From NCBI RefSeq assembly GCF_009914755.1, contig NC_060935.1: a stretch of DNA of 64,000 nucleotides. One strand, 5' to 3'. Below, piece after piece: positions 1 to 16,170 of this stretch (the first letter of the stretch is position 1; each line of letters opens with the position of its first letter). Source of the DNA: the human T2T-CHM13v2.0 reference genome, Homo sapiens. A model generated the notes under the pieces. That model ran no database searches, was not told the origin of the DNA, and worked only from the letters and a program-made list of their open reading frames with translations. The translations under genes were made by a program, and so were the position numbers.

Positions 1-700
1 CAAAAGTAAAATTCTAAGCCCCCCAACTGACTGAATGGACCCCCATCTTGGCCAAGGGGATCCCCCAAAAACCTGAAAAACTAGTACAGGCCATGACAGG
101 AAGAGGAAGTCCAACATGTCTCCTTATAACCACTTCCTTTGGAGTTTAGGCACAGCTGACCAATGTCTATATTAAAACAGAGATCATAAGACTGACAAAA
201 CAGACTATTTGTAGCAATAAGATACCAAATTCCAACCTAGCTCTAGTATAGCATCACATGACGGATAGCAGGCCCTGAAAGAAATCTAAGTATTTTAGCC
301 CAAAATATATCTCTTTGACATATCCTGAAATGACCCTGCAAAGCTGGTCTTTTGCTGGGGAAGTGTGCATTCTGTAGATAATCTCCTTCCCTTAAGTGGG
401 TCTTTTCCAGGGAGTCTAATACCCTTTAAGTTTCCATAAGAGACATTTACCATCTACTGCTTACTTAGAGGCTTTGTCTATATAACAAGAACATAGCAAG
501 AACCTTGGCTTCCAGTCCCCTTATCTCAATGCACATCTCTCTTTCTGCTGACTCAATTCTTTAGGAAAAGATCAACTCTTTCAACCAATTGCCAATCAGG
601 AAATCTTTAAATCCACCTATGACCTGTAACCCCCCAGCTTAGAGATGTCCTACCTTTCTGGGCTGAATCAATGTATACCTTGAAAGTATCAATTTATGTC
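1..700 (+). mobile_element. MER4-family ERV1 LTR (begins before the window; interrupted by L1)
   Basis: aaaagtaaaattctaagccccccaactgactgaatggaccc... matches the MER4 5' end; homologous to the inverted copy at 45540-46385. Confidence 0.8.
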
Positions 701-3538
<2,838 letters not shown>

Positions 3539-3544
3539 TAAATG

Positions 3545-3675
3545 TATTTCATTTTTGTGCAGACAGGGTCTCACTATGTTGCCGAGGCTGGTCTCCAACT
3601 CCTGGGCTCAAGTGATCCTCCCGCCTTGGCCTCCAAAAGTGCTGGGATTACAGGTATGAGCCATCGCACCCAGCT
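3545..3675 (-). mobile_element. Alu left monomer / FLAM
   Basis: Alu left-arm consensus. Confidence 0.85.
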
Positions 3676-4510
3676 GACAATTCATTCTAGATGTTGGGTA
3701 TTCACTATAAGAAAATTAACCATTTTGAATGATTGTCCTTCTGCATCAGAAGCAAGTAACTGAGTGTCCAAAGGTGTGTGGCAATGAGTTCCGCGGTCTC
3801 TAAGGGGTTCTGTTGGTAGGACTGGGCACCTCTGCCCCCATTCTCTAGCTGCTATTATCCCCTCACTACCACTTCCATCAAGTGCAGGTGGACAGGAGAG
3901 ACAAGAAGCAGATAAGGTGTAATTTGACTGCTGCAGGAAGAGCTTGGCAATGGGGCCCTCTTCAAGATCGCTATGTGGTTATTGGCATTTGTCTTGCATG
4001 AAGGTCCCTGGGCCCCCACAGCCCTTCCCTGTCACTGGAGTTCTCCCACCTATGGTCCCTTGACTTGGCTTTGGCTTCTCTGGCTGGGTGCTCTGCCTCT
4101 TCCCTCAGTCCAGCTCTCATCTGTCCCTTCTGAGGGGTCATCTTCCCTTCTAGGAGTCCTCTTGAACTGTGTTGTGACCATTTTAATTCTGCTCCTTGCC
4201 ATGGGGATCCATCTGGGCCATGGAAATCCCCAGGCATCCTTGCCCAGCCAGACACTAGGACATTCCCAAAGTACCCCATCTCGTGACCAGTCCTTATACC
4301 CGCTAAATGTCAAGGAACACAGGCTACTTTCTCTGGATGGTTCACTGGGAGCCCACCTCAGTTGGCCTGAGTAAAAAAGAAGCTCCCCTTCTCCCCTCCT
4401 CATGTGGGGGTCAGGACAAGGCACAGGCAGGCAGAGCAGTGAACAATACTGTCCACTTCCCCACGAAAAGCCTCACCACTCCCTTCTTAATCCACCCAAT
4501 CCTCAGCCTT

Positions 4511-4730
<220 letters not shown>

Positions 4731-4879
4731 CAAATTCTCAGACTTCTCCCTTTCCAGTGGGGCTCTAGTCTCCGAGGTTAACCTGTGGAGGTTGTCTTGC
4801 TTTTGGTCTCTGGTGCCAATGCGGACACTCTGAGCCAAACATAAAATTGTCTCAGCCCTGGACTACCCCTTAGATTCAC

Positions 4880-5465
4880 ATGGAGTCGGTCTGATGTGGC
4901 TTCAGACCCTGGCCCTTTGCTTAACAAGTCTCATGTCCTTCGGCAAGCTGCTGAACTTCTCTTGGGCTCAGATTCCTCACCTGCAAGTTGGGTTTCAAAA
5001 TCCTGTTTCACGGAGTCCGGGAGAAGTTTGGAGAGAGAATATTGCAGAGCGTTTGGCATGGTGCCTGGCTTATATAAATGCTCACCAAATAGGAATCATT
5101 ACTCATATGGTCCTGCTGAGATGTCAGCTTGCTGCTCTTGGCCAGGGAGATATTCAGGTTTTCAAGGGCTTTTCTGCAGTGGGATAACCTCATCCATTAT
5201 GCTAGGAGTTGCTATTTGGCTCCCTGAGGTGTGGTGGGGAAAGACCACAGGTGTTATCTTCATTCAGGGCCAGGTTTCCATCCTGCCCTGTTGCTTCTCT
5301 CTGAGATCCGCGTTCCTCTCCTGAAACGAGAGGATAACATCAAACTGCCTCAGAAATAAGCACTCCTTGGCCTCATCAGGCTGTTGTGAGAAGGAAATTA
5401 GGGGACATATGGCATATGTCTGGCACAGCGCTTGCAGCCTGGGGGCCCTCAGCAGTTGTTAATCC
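4880..5465 (+). mobile_element. MIR fragments
   Basis: MIR core-like motifs (ggcaagctgctgaacttctc...cacctgcaa; gttgtgagaagg...tctggcaca). Confidence 0.55.
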
Positions 5466-5966
5466 CTTCCCCTTGTCCCATGAGACGGAGTGCTGGGAAT
5501 GGCATCTGCCTTCTACATGTCTTAATCCACAAAACTGTTGTAACACTTGAAGGAATGAGTGTGCAGGTATGTGTGCTGTAAAGGGTGATGCACTGTGAAG
5601 GGAAAGTGGGCTCTGGTCATTGGCAGGAAAAAAGGAGAGGCCAGAGGTTCTGTGAAAACTTCCTGAAGAAGTAGCCCATCCCCAAGGAAGATTCCTAAGT
5701 CTGATCTCCCAAAATGTGTGTTTCTTTTGTGGGAATAGCTCCCACCCGATTGGTAAAGAGAGCCACGGTGTCCATATTATATGAAAGTCATGTTGGTTCA
5801 CATGCAATATTTTCCAGCAAGTTCATGTTTTGAAGCAATCAGAAGCAAAATTTCTCTTAATAAAGGAGGAAGTATGAAGGCCTTATAAAAACATTGAAAA
5901 TCCTGCAAAAGCACCTTTCACTGGTGGAAGTAGCTGCTGATTTAGTGTCTTTAAGAACCCAGTATC

Positions 5967-6116
5967 AGCTGGGCATGGTGGCTCACACCTGTAATCTCAG
6001 AACTTTGGGAGACCGAAGCGGGAGGATCGCTTGAGCCCTGGAGTTTGTGACCAGCCTGGGCAACATAGTGAGACCCCGTCTCTACAAAAAGTTTTTTTTA
6101 ATTAAAAAAAAAAAAA
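5967..6116 (+). mobile_element. FLAM / Alu monomer
   Basis: Alu left-arm consensus with A tail. Confidence 0.85.
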
Positions 6117-6919
6117 GAACACACTACCCTTTCCACTATGTTAGGCCCTTTGGGGAAGCAAAGAGTGCAGATGAAGAAGCTGTGGAGAGACTTCCTCTTG
6201 TATTTAAGAAAAAAAAAGTTTAGTTTTTTAAGAAATCTAAACCTTAGATCATATTTTTCACTTTGATGAATCCAATTTCCATTACAAATGTATGCCATAA
6301 AGGTCCCACATCTGGGAGAAAGTACAAAAACCAAAGGTTTAAAGCTGCCAGGATGAAGTGACTATGATGCTGGGTGCAAATGCTGGTGATTTAACCCTGA
6401 GGCTGTTTTACTAGGATTGGTGCTGTTTTTGTTAGAACTGTGCTTACAAAGACCATATGTTTTAAATGATCTGCTCCAAACTTTGTTGTTGTTGTTGTTG
6501 TTAAGCCCTATAATTTTTACATCATAGTATTTTGCAAAAGGATTTTGTTTTGCTTTGTTTTGTTTTGTTTTCAGGATGATATATATGGTGTTGAGACAAA
6601 AATGCATCCATCAGGAGCCCCTGGGCAAATCTGAATTTCCCAAATTTCTAAGATGCAAGACTAAAGTACTTTGGGGCTAGTTCATTTCTCCTCAACCACA
6701 AGTTTTCCATTGAAAGCCACGTTACCAGGAGAAGAAAATATACTCTTTACATAGAAAGTATGAAATTAACATGTCCCCTCCTCCAGAAAGTGCTCCCTGC
6801 AGGTTTCCACCAGACTGGGTTGGAGGATCCTTCTGCTTTCTGCATTTGTGTCTGTCTTGGCTCAGACCACTTTATATCATGTGGTCATTGCCCCATGTCC
6901 ATGTCTGTTCCTACTCCCT

Positions 6920-7621
6920 TGGTATGGCTTGATATTTTGTCCCTTCCAAATCTCATGTTGAAACAAGACCTGCAATGTTCAAGGTGGTCCCAGTGGGAGA
7001 TGTTTTGCTCATGGAGGTGGATCCCTCATGAATGGCTTGGTGCCATCCCCACAGTAATAAGTTCACATGAGATCTGGCTGCTAAAAAGAGTCTGGTGCCT
7101 TCCTCCTCTCTCTCTTTTTAATTTTTTTGAAACAGGGTGTCCCTCTGTTACCCAGATGACAGTGCAGTAGCATGAACATGGCTCACTGCAGCCTTGACCT
7201 CCCAGGCTTACCTCCTGAGTAACTGGAACCATTGGCACATGCCACCACACTCGGCTAATTTTTTTCTTTCTTTCTTTTTTTTGGGGGGTGGGTAGAGACG
7301 GAGTCTCACTGTGTTTCCCACGCTGGTCTTGAATGCTTAGGCTCAAGCAATCCACCTGCTTTGGCCTCCCAAAGTGCTAGGATTACAGGCATGAGCCACT
7401 GTGCCCAGCCCTCCTCTCTGTCTTGTCCCTCTCTTGCCATGGGGCACACAGGCTCCCCTTTGCCTTCTGCCATGATTGTAAGCTTCCTGAGGTCTCACCA
7501 GGAGCAAATGCTGCCATGCTTCCTGTACATCCCCCAGAACCATAGGCCAAATAAACCTCTTTTCTTTATAAATTACCCAGTCTCAGGTATTTCTTTATAG
7601 GAACACAAATGGACTAACACA
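6920..7621 (+). mobile_element. MaLR LTR (MSTA/MSTB type) interrupted by AluJ (7115-7409, -)
   Basis: tggtatggcttg...caaatctcatgttgaa start; ataaattacccagtctcaggtatttctttatag...ggactaacaca end. Confidence 0.85.
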
Positions 7622-7624
7622 TCC

Positions 7625-8425
7625 TTGTCAACCTAAGGAAAGAGGCTAAGGCAAAATTTATGTAGAGAGTTTATTCAGGCCAAGGCTCAGGATAGTTGCC
7701 CAGGACACACTTCCAAGTTGCCTTGGGGAGTTCTCTGTTCCACCTTTGTTATAAGCAGGCTTTAAAGGCACAAGGGTACAAGAAACGGGCTGATACAAAG
7801 TTGCTTGACAAGGGCTAGTGCGGCTCATGCCTGTAATCCCAGCACTTTGGGAGGCCAGGCGGGCAGATCACTTGAGGTCAGAAGTTTGAGACCAGTCTGA
7901 CCGACATGGCAAAACTCTGTCTCTACTAAAAATGCAAAATTAGCCGGGCAGGCATGGTAGTGTGCACTGGTAATCAAGCTACTCAGGAGGCTGAGGCAGG
8001 AGAATCACTAGATCCTGGGAGGCAAAGGTTGTAGTGAGCTGAGATCTCCAGCCTGGGTGACAGAACAAGACTCTTACTCAAAAAACAACAAAACAAAACA
8101 GAACAAAAAACAGCAAAATAAAGTTGCTTGACAGGGATTCTCACTGGTTTATAGAAATAACATTGATTAGTGATTGGCTATAACTGTTGAACTATAGGGT
8201 ATGAGTTATGGTGTCCAGTGTATGGCATTTTATGGCTACTTGGCATCAGTGAGTCTAGAGCCCATGTAGCAAGTGGCTTCGAGAGCTAAGTATTTAGCTC
8301 AAGGGGGTGGTGAAATGTAACTGCTGTCATATGGTGCCACATTTCAGTGCCTCATTGGGCCTGATAATTAAAGGGGGCTCACATCCCTCTGATAAAAAGT
8401 TTGTTTGTTTTCTTTTTCCCCTCAG
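7625..8425 (-). mobile_element. ERV1-like LTR interrupted by AluS (7813-8119, +; TSD aaagttgcttgaca)
   Basis: TG start with gagagtttattcaggccaagg (inverted poly(A) signal region), typical of a reversed LTR. Family not determined. Confidence 0.6.
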
Positions 8426-8941
8426 CCTAGGTTCACTGGTCTTTAGGAGTCCAGGGCCCAGCACAAGGCCAGGCACTGTGGTGGCTTCAGGAAGCCTTGT
8501 GGATTGAACAGAATGATCCCTCAGCAGGCTGGAGGCTGGTGGCTATAATGGTGTGCTTGCCTGCACTTCCAGCCCGTGAGAATTTATTTCAGAGACAGTT
8601 TACCATTGTAGGCCAGTTAGTAAGCCTGTGTATAAACACTTGTTATAAAGCTTGTGAAATATTTCAGCTTTGTTTACTAGCTCTGGCACAGGCTTCCTTA
8701 CAGCCTAAAAATCCCCCTGAGCCTTGGGAGCTGTGTGGACGTATGTGAAACCTAGGACAGGACTCAGAATGCTGCATGTGAACAATGGAAAAAACCAAAG
8801 CAGCCGCATTCAGGGGGCATCAAAAAGCACTGGGCTACTTAAGTTCTGCTCTAAGCTGCACTCTGCCATTCACACGCTGTGTAGCCTAGAGAGTCATTTT
8901 GCCACTCTGGGCTATAACTTCCTCATCTACAGAATAAGGCC

Positions 8942-9376
8942 TGTTACGGACAAATGTCTGTGTCCCCCAAAATTAATATGTTGAAATTCTTTTTTTAATA
9001 TATTTTTAAGATAAAACATTTTTACTTAAAAATTTATGTAGAGATGAGGTCTTGCCATATTGCCCACCCATATGTTGAATCTCTAACCTCCAAGGTGATA
9101 GCATTAGAAGATGGGAACTTTGGGAGGTGATTAGGCCATGAGAGTGGAGCGCCCCCCATGAATGGGGGATTAGTGCCCTTATGAAAGGGATGCCAGAGAG
9201 CTTTCTTGCCTTGTTTCCTCCATGTGAGGATGCAAGGAGGAGAAGGCAGTTTGTAATCCAGAATGGGGCCCTCACCAGATCCTGACCATCCTAGCAGCCT
9301 GATCGTGGACTTCCAACCTAAAAATTAGTGAGAAATAAATTTCTATGGCTTATAAGCCACCAGTCTATGGTATTTT

Positions 9377-9407
<31 letters not shown>

Positions 9408-9427
9408 TAGCAGCCAGAACTAAAACA
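8942..9427 (+). mobile_element. MaLR LTR (MLT1A/MSTD type) containing a short truncated Alu (TSD atatgttgaa) and a poly(A) insert
   Basis: gtcccccaaaatt..tatgttgaa; gggattagtgcccttat; agaaataaatttct...ataagccacc..ctatggtatttt...tagcagc. Confidence 0.8.
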
Positions 9428-9599
9428 AGGGCCTTGGAGTAGATTTCACCATTTCTTCAACAAACGTATTTGTCTTCAGGTCCTTGTGACACACTGGCTC
9501 CCCTTGGCAGGGAAATGATGAAAGACAGAGCTGTCCTTGGGAGGTCACAGCCTGGAAAATGAAATAGGCTCACACCCACATAGTCCCTTGATGGAGAGA

Positions 9600-12200
9600 A
9601 GAGGAATTAACATTTAATAAGCACCAAGTGCATACCAGGCAATTTATACTCAGTATCTAATTAAATACCTCATGTAAGGTAGACATTATTATCTCCATTT
9701 TATAGCTGTAAAAACTGAGGCTTAAGAGGCTAAGTGACCTATTCGCACTCATGAAGCTAGCAAATAGCAGAGATGGCATTTAAGTCCAGGTTCGTCTGGT
9801 TCTAAAGACTGAAATGGTTCCTACCCAACCCGAACAGTTTGTAACTCCATGATTTAAAAAAAAAATTAAAAAGATTAAGTCAGGAGAACACATGACCATT
9901 TCCTTCCTTAGATCTGAGCTTTTAATAATTTAAATTTTATTTATTTATTTAAAGACAGGGTCTTCCTCTGTTGCCCAGGCTGTAGTGCAGTGGCACAATC
10001 ATGGCCCACAGAAGCCTTGACCTCCAGGGCCCAAGCGATCCTCCTACCTCAGCTTCCCCAGTAGCTGGGACCACAGGCGAATGCCACCACACCTGGCTAA
10101 TCTTTTAACTTTATGTAGAGACAGTAAAGATATAAACAACTAAATATGATGATTTCAGTTTATTATAAGTTCTAGGAGAAATATAAGCTAGAAGTACTGT
10201 GGTGTGATTGAGGGGTCTGTGTAAGTTAAGGTAGTCAGAAATGGCCTCCATGAGGAGGTGAAATTTGAGCAGAGATGAAAAGATTGAGAAGGACCTTGCC
10301 ATGCAATGATGTAGGAAAAGTGCTTCCCAGGCTTCAGGAACAGCAGGTGCAAAGATCCTGAGGCAGGAATAAGCTTGACTATTTCAGGGACAGAAAGGAG
10401 ACAGTGCGGCTAGAGCAGATTAAAGACATGGAAAGCGGCAGATAAGAGGGAGGTGGGATCACACGGGGGCATGGCATGGAATTTAGAGAGCAACAGAGAG
10501 TCACCGATGGGATGTAAGCAGGTGGCAATATCTACATATGCAGTGAGGGAGTGAATGCAAGAAAGACCTAGATGGCTCCCACAGAGACACCTGGTATAGG
10601 AGGCAAAACGCCATCTTTGGAGGGTTCCTGTAATTAGTCAGTATGACCTTGGACTAATCACTTTACCCTCCAGAGACTGTGGCTTTAAGATTAAATGAGA
10701 TAATGCATGTCAAGCTGCTGGCATAGTACCCAGACCTAATCCTCAGGCAACAAATGTTACTTCCTTTTTCCCTTCTCCCCACTGGCCTGTGAGCTTGCCA
10801 AGCACAGGATCTTTGTTAATGGTGCCTGAATCTGCCCACACCCTCAGCACCAGGCACAGAGCCCAGTGAACAAACAATAAACATATGCGGACTCTTGAGG
10901 TTGCCTTTGCAATATTTCACATATCTGTTCCTTCAGTTTCATCCTTTCTGCCAGAAACCTCCCTCAGAGCATCATCTTCTCTCATGGAAGCTATGCCAAC
11001 GGCCACCTACTGGTAGTCCCCTTCAGGGAAGGGCTTGTTCCCTTCCAGCTGTCCTGAGCATGGTATGAGATTTGTCTTTGTAAAACACAGCTCAGACCAT
11101 GCCTCTGTCCTGCTCGGAAGGCTTTGTGACCCCTGCGACTGGCCCTCTTCACCGCTGCTCTTTAGGCTGGTGTTTGAGGCTCACTACAGTCCACCCCTGG
11201 CTGTCCTTGCTATGTTCTCTCTCTCTGTCCCCCTCTAACCCTCTGCCCCACACCCCCCAAGCCACAGTTCCTTAGGCTTTGACATCATTGTGCCTCTGCT
11301 CACAATGTTCCCCTGCCTGGAGCAGCCTCCTGTGAGTATCACACACCCCATATTCCAAGGTCCTTCCTGCACCTAAATTTTCACAGCACTTCACATTCCT
11401 GCTCCCTGTGCACTTGCTGCTTTGAACCTTGTGTTTACCTGCGCGCATGACGGAGCGGGCACTCAGTAAACGTGATAACGAATGCATGTCCTCACTGTAA
11501 GGGCAGGGACATGTCTCCTCCATCTCTGAACCTCTCATCTCTCTCACATACCTATGTTTTCTTGAACACAGCAGGAACATAACACATATTTGAGAGACGC
11601 ATCAGTCACCTCGTCTTGTCTGTTCTAATTTGTAAAGGTGTTTTGAATGAGTCTCCTATTTCCCTTAAGCCAGGCCACATCAACTTTCACTTGGACTGTG
11701 ACAACAGCCTCTTAACAGTCTCCCCTCTTTCCATCTAAGCCCCACACAGATGACCAGAGCCATTTTTCTAAAATGAAAATCGGGTCATGTCTTTCCTCTG
11801 CTGACAACCTGTCATGAGTTCCCCAGTGCCACAAGAAAAAGCCTCAGCCTCCCTCTACAGCCTGATATCTTTTGTTTCCCCTCTTCCCCATCTCCCCCGA
11901 GGCACCTCCTTGCATTCCTCCTGAACTACCTATAATGCCACAGTAGCCCTACACTGTTTCAGACCTCTCTGTCTAGGAAACTACTGCTTCCTTTTCTTCA
12001 AATGAAACCCCCTCCTCCACTCCCTGCTCCCATCATCTGACAAGCAGGTGTCCATGCCTCCCAACCCAGTTCTGATGAAAACTTGCTCTGTGAAGGAGGA
12101 GATGGCTGACCCAGGAAGAGAAACCCGCACTAACCACACATTCACCCGATAAATGTTATTGGGCATTCTCTATGCTCCAGACACTCCCTTTAGGCAGTGC
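9600..12200. mobile_element. Cluster of ancient MIR/L2 fragments plus partial AluJ (9930-10121, -)
   Basis: MIR core (attttatagctgtaaaaactgaggctt) and L2-like segments (gaacagcaggtgcaaagatcctgaggcagga; ttcccctgcctggagca). Confidence 0.6.
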
Positions 12201-13989
12201 TTGTATGGTCAGGTTGCTATGGTTGCAGCCATCCCCCATATGGATATGAATGGGGTTCAAACCTGCCTCATTTCCAAGTCTGGGAGCCCTGAGGTCAGGG
12301 GCTACCATGACTCTCATCACTGAGTCCTCACACAGTGCCAGCCTGTGGGAGAACTGAAAATGAACCCCATTGTATACAGGGGAGAGGGAGGGAGGAGGTC
12401 AAGTGAGAACCAGAGTGGGACAGCTGCCAAGGTCCCACCCAGGCTGACAGGGTCTCTCACATCTTATCTTACAGCCCAGGATCCTATTGATCACTAGCAA
12501 AAAGATAATTCAGCTTCTGCTGTTCTGAGGCTCCTGTGCCCTGGCTTCCATTGAGTGGTTCTCAGTGGCAAAATCCTCGGGAAATTCCCTACAACCCCCA
12601 AATTGTTGGATCAATGAACAGGTTATACAGGCTGCTGACAGCCCAGCACAGTGCAAAATGCATCTTTGTTACCATCAGGGTGGCAGGAAATAAGTTCTGG
12701 CCCTGGCTTCAAATGTGCAAACTCAATGTGTCTGTTCTTCTCTTTAAAAAAGCTTTGCCGATGGCTGCTTTGTGCTTGGCACTGGGGACAAAGGGATAAA
12801 CTAGACCGGAATCCTGCCCTGGAGAAGCGCCCCGTCTGGGGAAGCAGGCCAGTGTGTTCAAAGACACTGCCCTGAATGAGAAAGTCACTGCATGGCTAAG
12901 TCCCAAAGAGCAAGTCTCCAAATTTCCTTTTTTTAACTATTTAAAAGAAGTAAATGGAGATTTTCACTGGATGGGATAGCTTGAACAACTTTTTAAGATT
13001 TCTAGCTGCCTTTAGCTGACTGGTCTTTACTTTATCTTCAGGATAGTATTTTGAGGAATGCTCACTGGGCTCAGTTTGTGCTTGGTTCCCAGCTGCTGCA
13101 ACTAGAGGGACCTGGAGTAGACAGAAGGGACCCTCTGCTAGGAGCGGGGAGTCAGTACCAGCAGACAATGGCTCCATCCAGCGGGCAGAGGGAGACTGGA
13201 GGTACAAGGGGACACACTGGGGTCAGAAGGGAGAAGACTGAGGGACAGAGAGAGAGGGGAGTTTGCTGGGGAGTGGCAGAGAGCAGGAAAGCCTTAGGGA
13301 CAGAGGGGGAAATGCAGGGGCCGGAAAAGAATATGTCTAGAAGAATCCTTAATATTCCAGAACGTATTATTCTAATGTAGATATATTCTTGAAGAATACA
13401 TTCTTACTCCTGAATAAGACTATATCAGTGATGTTTCCTTTTCTTAAACATATTCATGAATAACATGTTCATAAATACATTCTGGAATGTTTATATTCTA
13501 ATGACTTCATTCTTCTCACATCCTTTGGTCTCGTCTTCTCTCTGCCCCTCACTCTTTCCTCCCTGCTGCTCACTCTCCCCCCTCCCACTCTCAGCCTCCC
13601 CTTCCCTTTGACCCTCAGTCTCCTCATTTTGCAGTCAGGCAGTGGCTGGGAATGGAGTGTCCTAAAGGCTTCCTCATTTGCATTTCTCATGCCTGCACTA
13701 AGACTCTAGTAGCCAGGGTTCCTCAAGCTTCTTCCTCTAGTTCTGTGTTCCTTCCCCTTGGTGTCTCCAGCATGCTAGCCCCGGGCTCCAAAGGTGTGTG
13801 TCCTAAGAATATATTGCCTTTGGTGACTTAGCCTCATTAGTCATAGAGTGTCACTTCCACAGGATCTCCCAGATCAAAGGGCAGTGAACACAGACTCCAC
13901 TTCTCAAAGGAGGAGGATCAGTTTCACACTGGGACTGGCATAGGCTGGTGCAGCCATCTTTGGAAAATACCATCTTCCTCAAGTGAATA

Positions 13990-14255
13990 TTTAAAACCAG
14001 GTATCTGCTGTTTGCTGAATATGAATCTAAAATAAAATAATACAAAAAAAAAGGTGAAAGTAAGAGTAAAGAAAGAGTTATACCTGGCAAGTATCAAGCA
14101 AAAGAATGCTGGTATAGTAATTATTTTAATATTAGACAAAAGAGGTTTTAAGGATAGAGCATTACCAGGATTAAAGAGGGTCCCTAGGTATGATAAAATG
14201 TTCAAGTCAACGGAAGGATAAAACGATTCTGAATCAATACACACCCAATAGCATG
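13990..14255 (+). mobile_element. Old L1M ORF2 endonuclease-region fragment
   Basis: aagaatgctggtatagtaattattttaatattagacaaa...aaagaggg...atgataaaa pattern of the L1 EN region. Confidence 0.6.
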
Positions 14256-14679
14256 TGTATATACTCACGTATATACATATACATGACAGAACACACACAG
14301 ATACAGACCTGGTCGGTGCTTACTCATTCTTCCAGACTCAACACAGATCTCCAACAAACCTCCCCTCCTCTTCCAGGCGGAGTTACGATCCTTGCTCCAG
14401 GCATGTCCACTCTTTCTTCCTTCTAATAGCCCTGATCTTACTGAACACCAGACTCTAGGTCATTTTTTCTACAAGTAAATCACAGAAAGCCAGCTGCCCA
14501 AATGAAGAATTCCTCAAACCATCACTTTGCTGAATGGTTAATATCTTAGAAGCTAATTCACCAAAAGCCAAGTCATTCCAAGTTAATTCTCTAAATTTGC
14601 TTATGTCTTTTTCAACTATTATATAATTCACAGCAGTTGGTATTCGATGGGATAGGTTTTTCAAATTGTTGTAATAAAA

Positions 14680-15620
14680 TTAAGTAGGTAAAAATACTTA
14701 CAAAGTAGGTAAAAAGTATAAAGAATGATACAACAAAACGCATGCACCCAAAACCAGTTTTTTGAAGTGAACATTACTGTTACCTTTGGAACCTCCTCGG
14801 TGTTCCGCCCTGAGGAACACCCCACCCTATCACCTTCCTTCTCACCCCAGAGATAACCATTCTTCTGAATTTTCTGTGTTTTATTCCCTTGCTGTTCTTC
14901 ATAGTTTTACCACATATTTTTATCCTCAAAGTGCTTTTTTTAGTTTTTCATGTTTCCTAACTTTAGGTTAAAGGAAGTGGAGAGTATGTATTTTTCTGTG
15001 ACTCACTTTTTTCTTTTTTAAAAACATTATTTATATAAATTACTTTAATCGTGGCTCAAGTGATTCCAATGCCTCAGCCTCCCAAAGTGCTGGGATTACA
15101 GGAGTGAGCCTCACTTTTTTCATTCAACATTATGTTCCAGAGACTCATTCTTGTTGATGCCTAGACTTTTCATTCATTCATTTTCTTGTCTACATAGTAT
15201 TGTGTTTTATGAATACATTACAATTTATCCATTGAGTGAAGGGACACTTAAATGGCTCCAGGGTTCCAGCATTGCACAGAGCATGGCTAGGAACATCCTT
15301 TTTTTTTTTTTTTTTGAGACAGGGTCTTGCTCTGTTGCCCAGGCTGGAGTGCAGTGGCATGATCATGGCTCACTGTAGCCTATATCTCCTGGGCTCAAAC
15401 AATCTTCCCACCACAGCCTCCTGAATAGCTGGGACCACAGGTGCATGCCGCCACGCATAGCTAATTTTTAAAAAATATTCTGTAGAGACGGGGATCTCCC
15501 TGTGTTGCCCAGGCTGGTCTCAAGTAATCCTCCCAGCTCAGCCTCCAAAGTGCTGAGATTATAGCCATGAGCCACTGTGCCCAGCCAGGAACATTCTTAT
15601 ATGTATGTCTTAGGGCACTC
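14680..15620 (-). mobile_element. L1ME 3' fragment with Alu inserts (AluJ 15299-15587; TSD aggaacat)
   Basis: cccagagataaccattcttctgaattt...ttcattcaacattatgtt..agactcattc motifs; Alu consensus. Confidence 0.65.
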
Positions 15621-16006
15621 ATGCTATGACATTGATTCAATTCATTCCTTACAACAACCATATGAAGTATGTATAATCAACCTCATTTTAGAGATGAAGT
15701 AATTGAAATTAAGAAAAATTAAATGACTAAAGACATGAGTCTAATAAGAGGGGCAAGACTTTGATACATTAAACCTCCCCATGTCATGAAGTTGTCTTTC
15801 AGAAGGGAAGCCTACCCATGGACCCATTCTCTAAGCAAACAGCTCCTCTCTGGGCAATTCCTGTCCCCCCTTTCCCCATCCCCTTTCTCACAGCATCCCA
15901 CCAGTCTCTCCCTTCCAGCCTCATCCTTCCCTGTCCCCTTCCTCTCAATCCCTGAAACCCACCATGATTCCATTTCAAATTGACGCTGCCCATTCAGAGT
16001 TAGAAC

Positions 16007-16170
16007 AAAGAGCCTTAATCTCCCACCCAATGTTTTCCACCTTCCCTATCACTCAGTCTTTTGTCCCCAAGCTCTGACCACTCACAAATAAAAGAGCCTT
16101 AATCTCCCACCCAATGTTTTCCACCTTCCCTATCACTCAGTCTCTTGTCCCCAAGCTCTGACCACCCACA
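16007..16170. repeat. Direct tandem duplication, 80-bp copies at 84-bp period
   Basis: 16007-16086 vs 16091-16170 differ at 2 positions; AATA spacer. Confidence 0.95.

Noticed and set aside
3971-4424. Overlapping 102-133 aa ORFs, one hydrophobic
   Set aside because: No recognisable family, no promoter, splice or poly(A) support; consistent with chance ORFs in pyrimidine-rich sequence.
14455-14660. Possible ancient DNA-transposon fragment with short repeated aattc..caaa motifs
   Set aside because: Too diverged to assign or delimit by eye.
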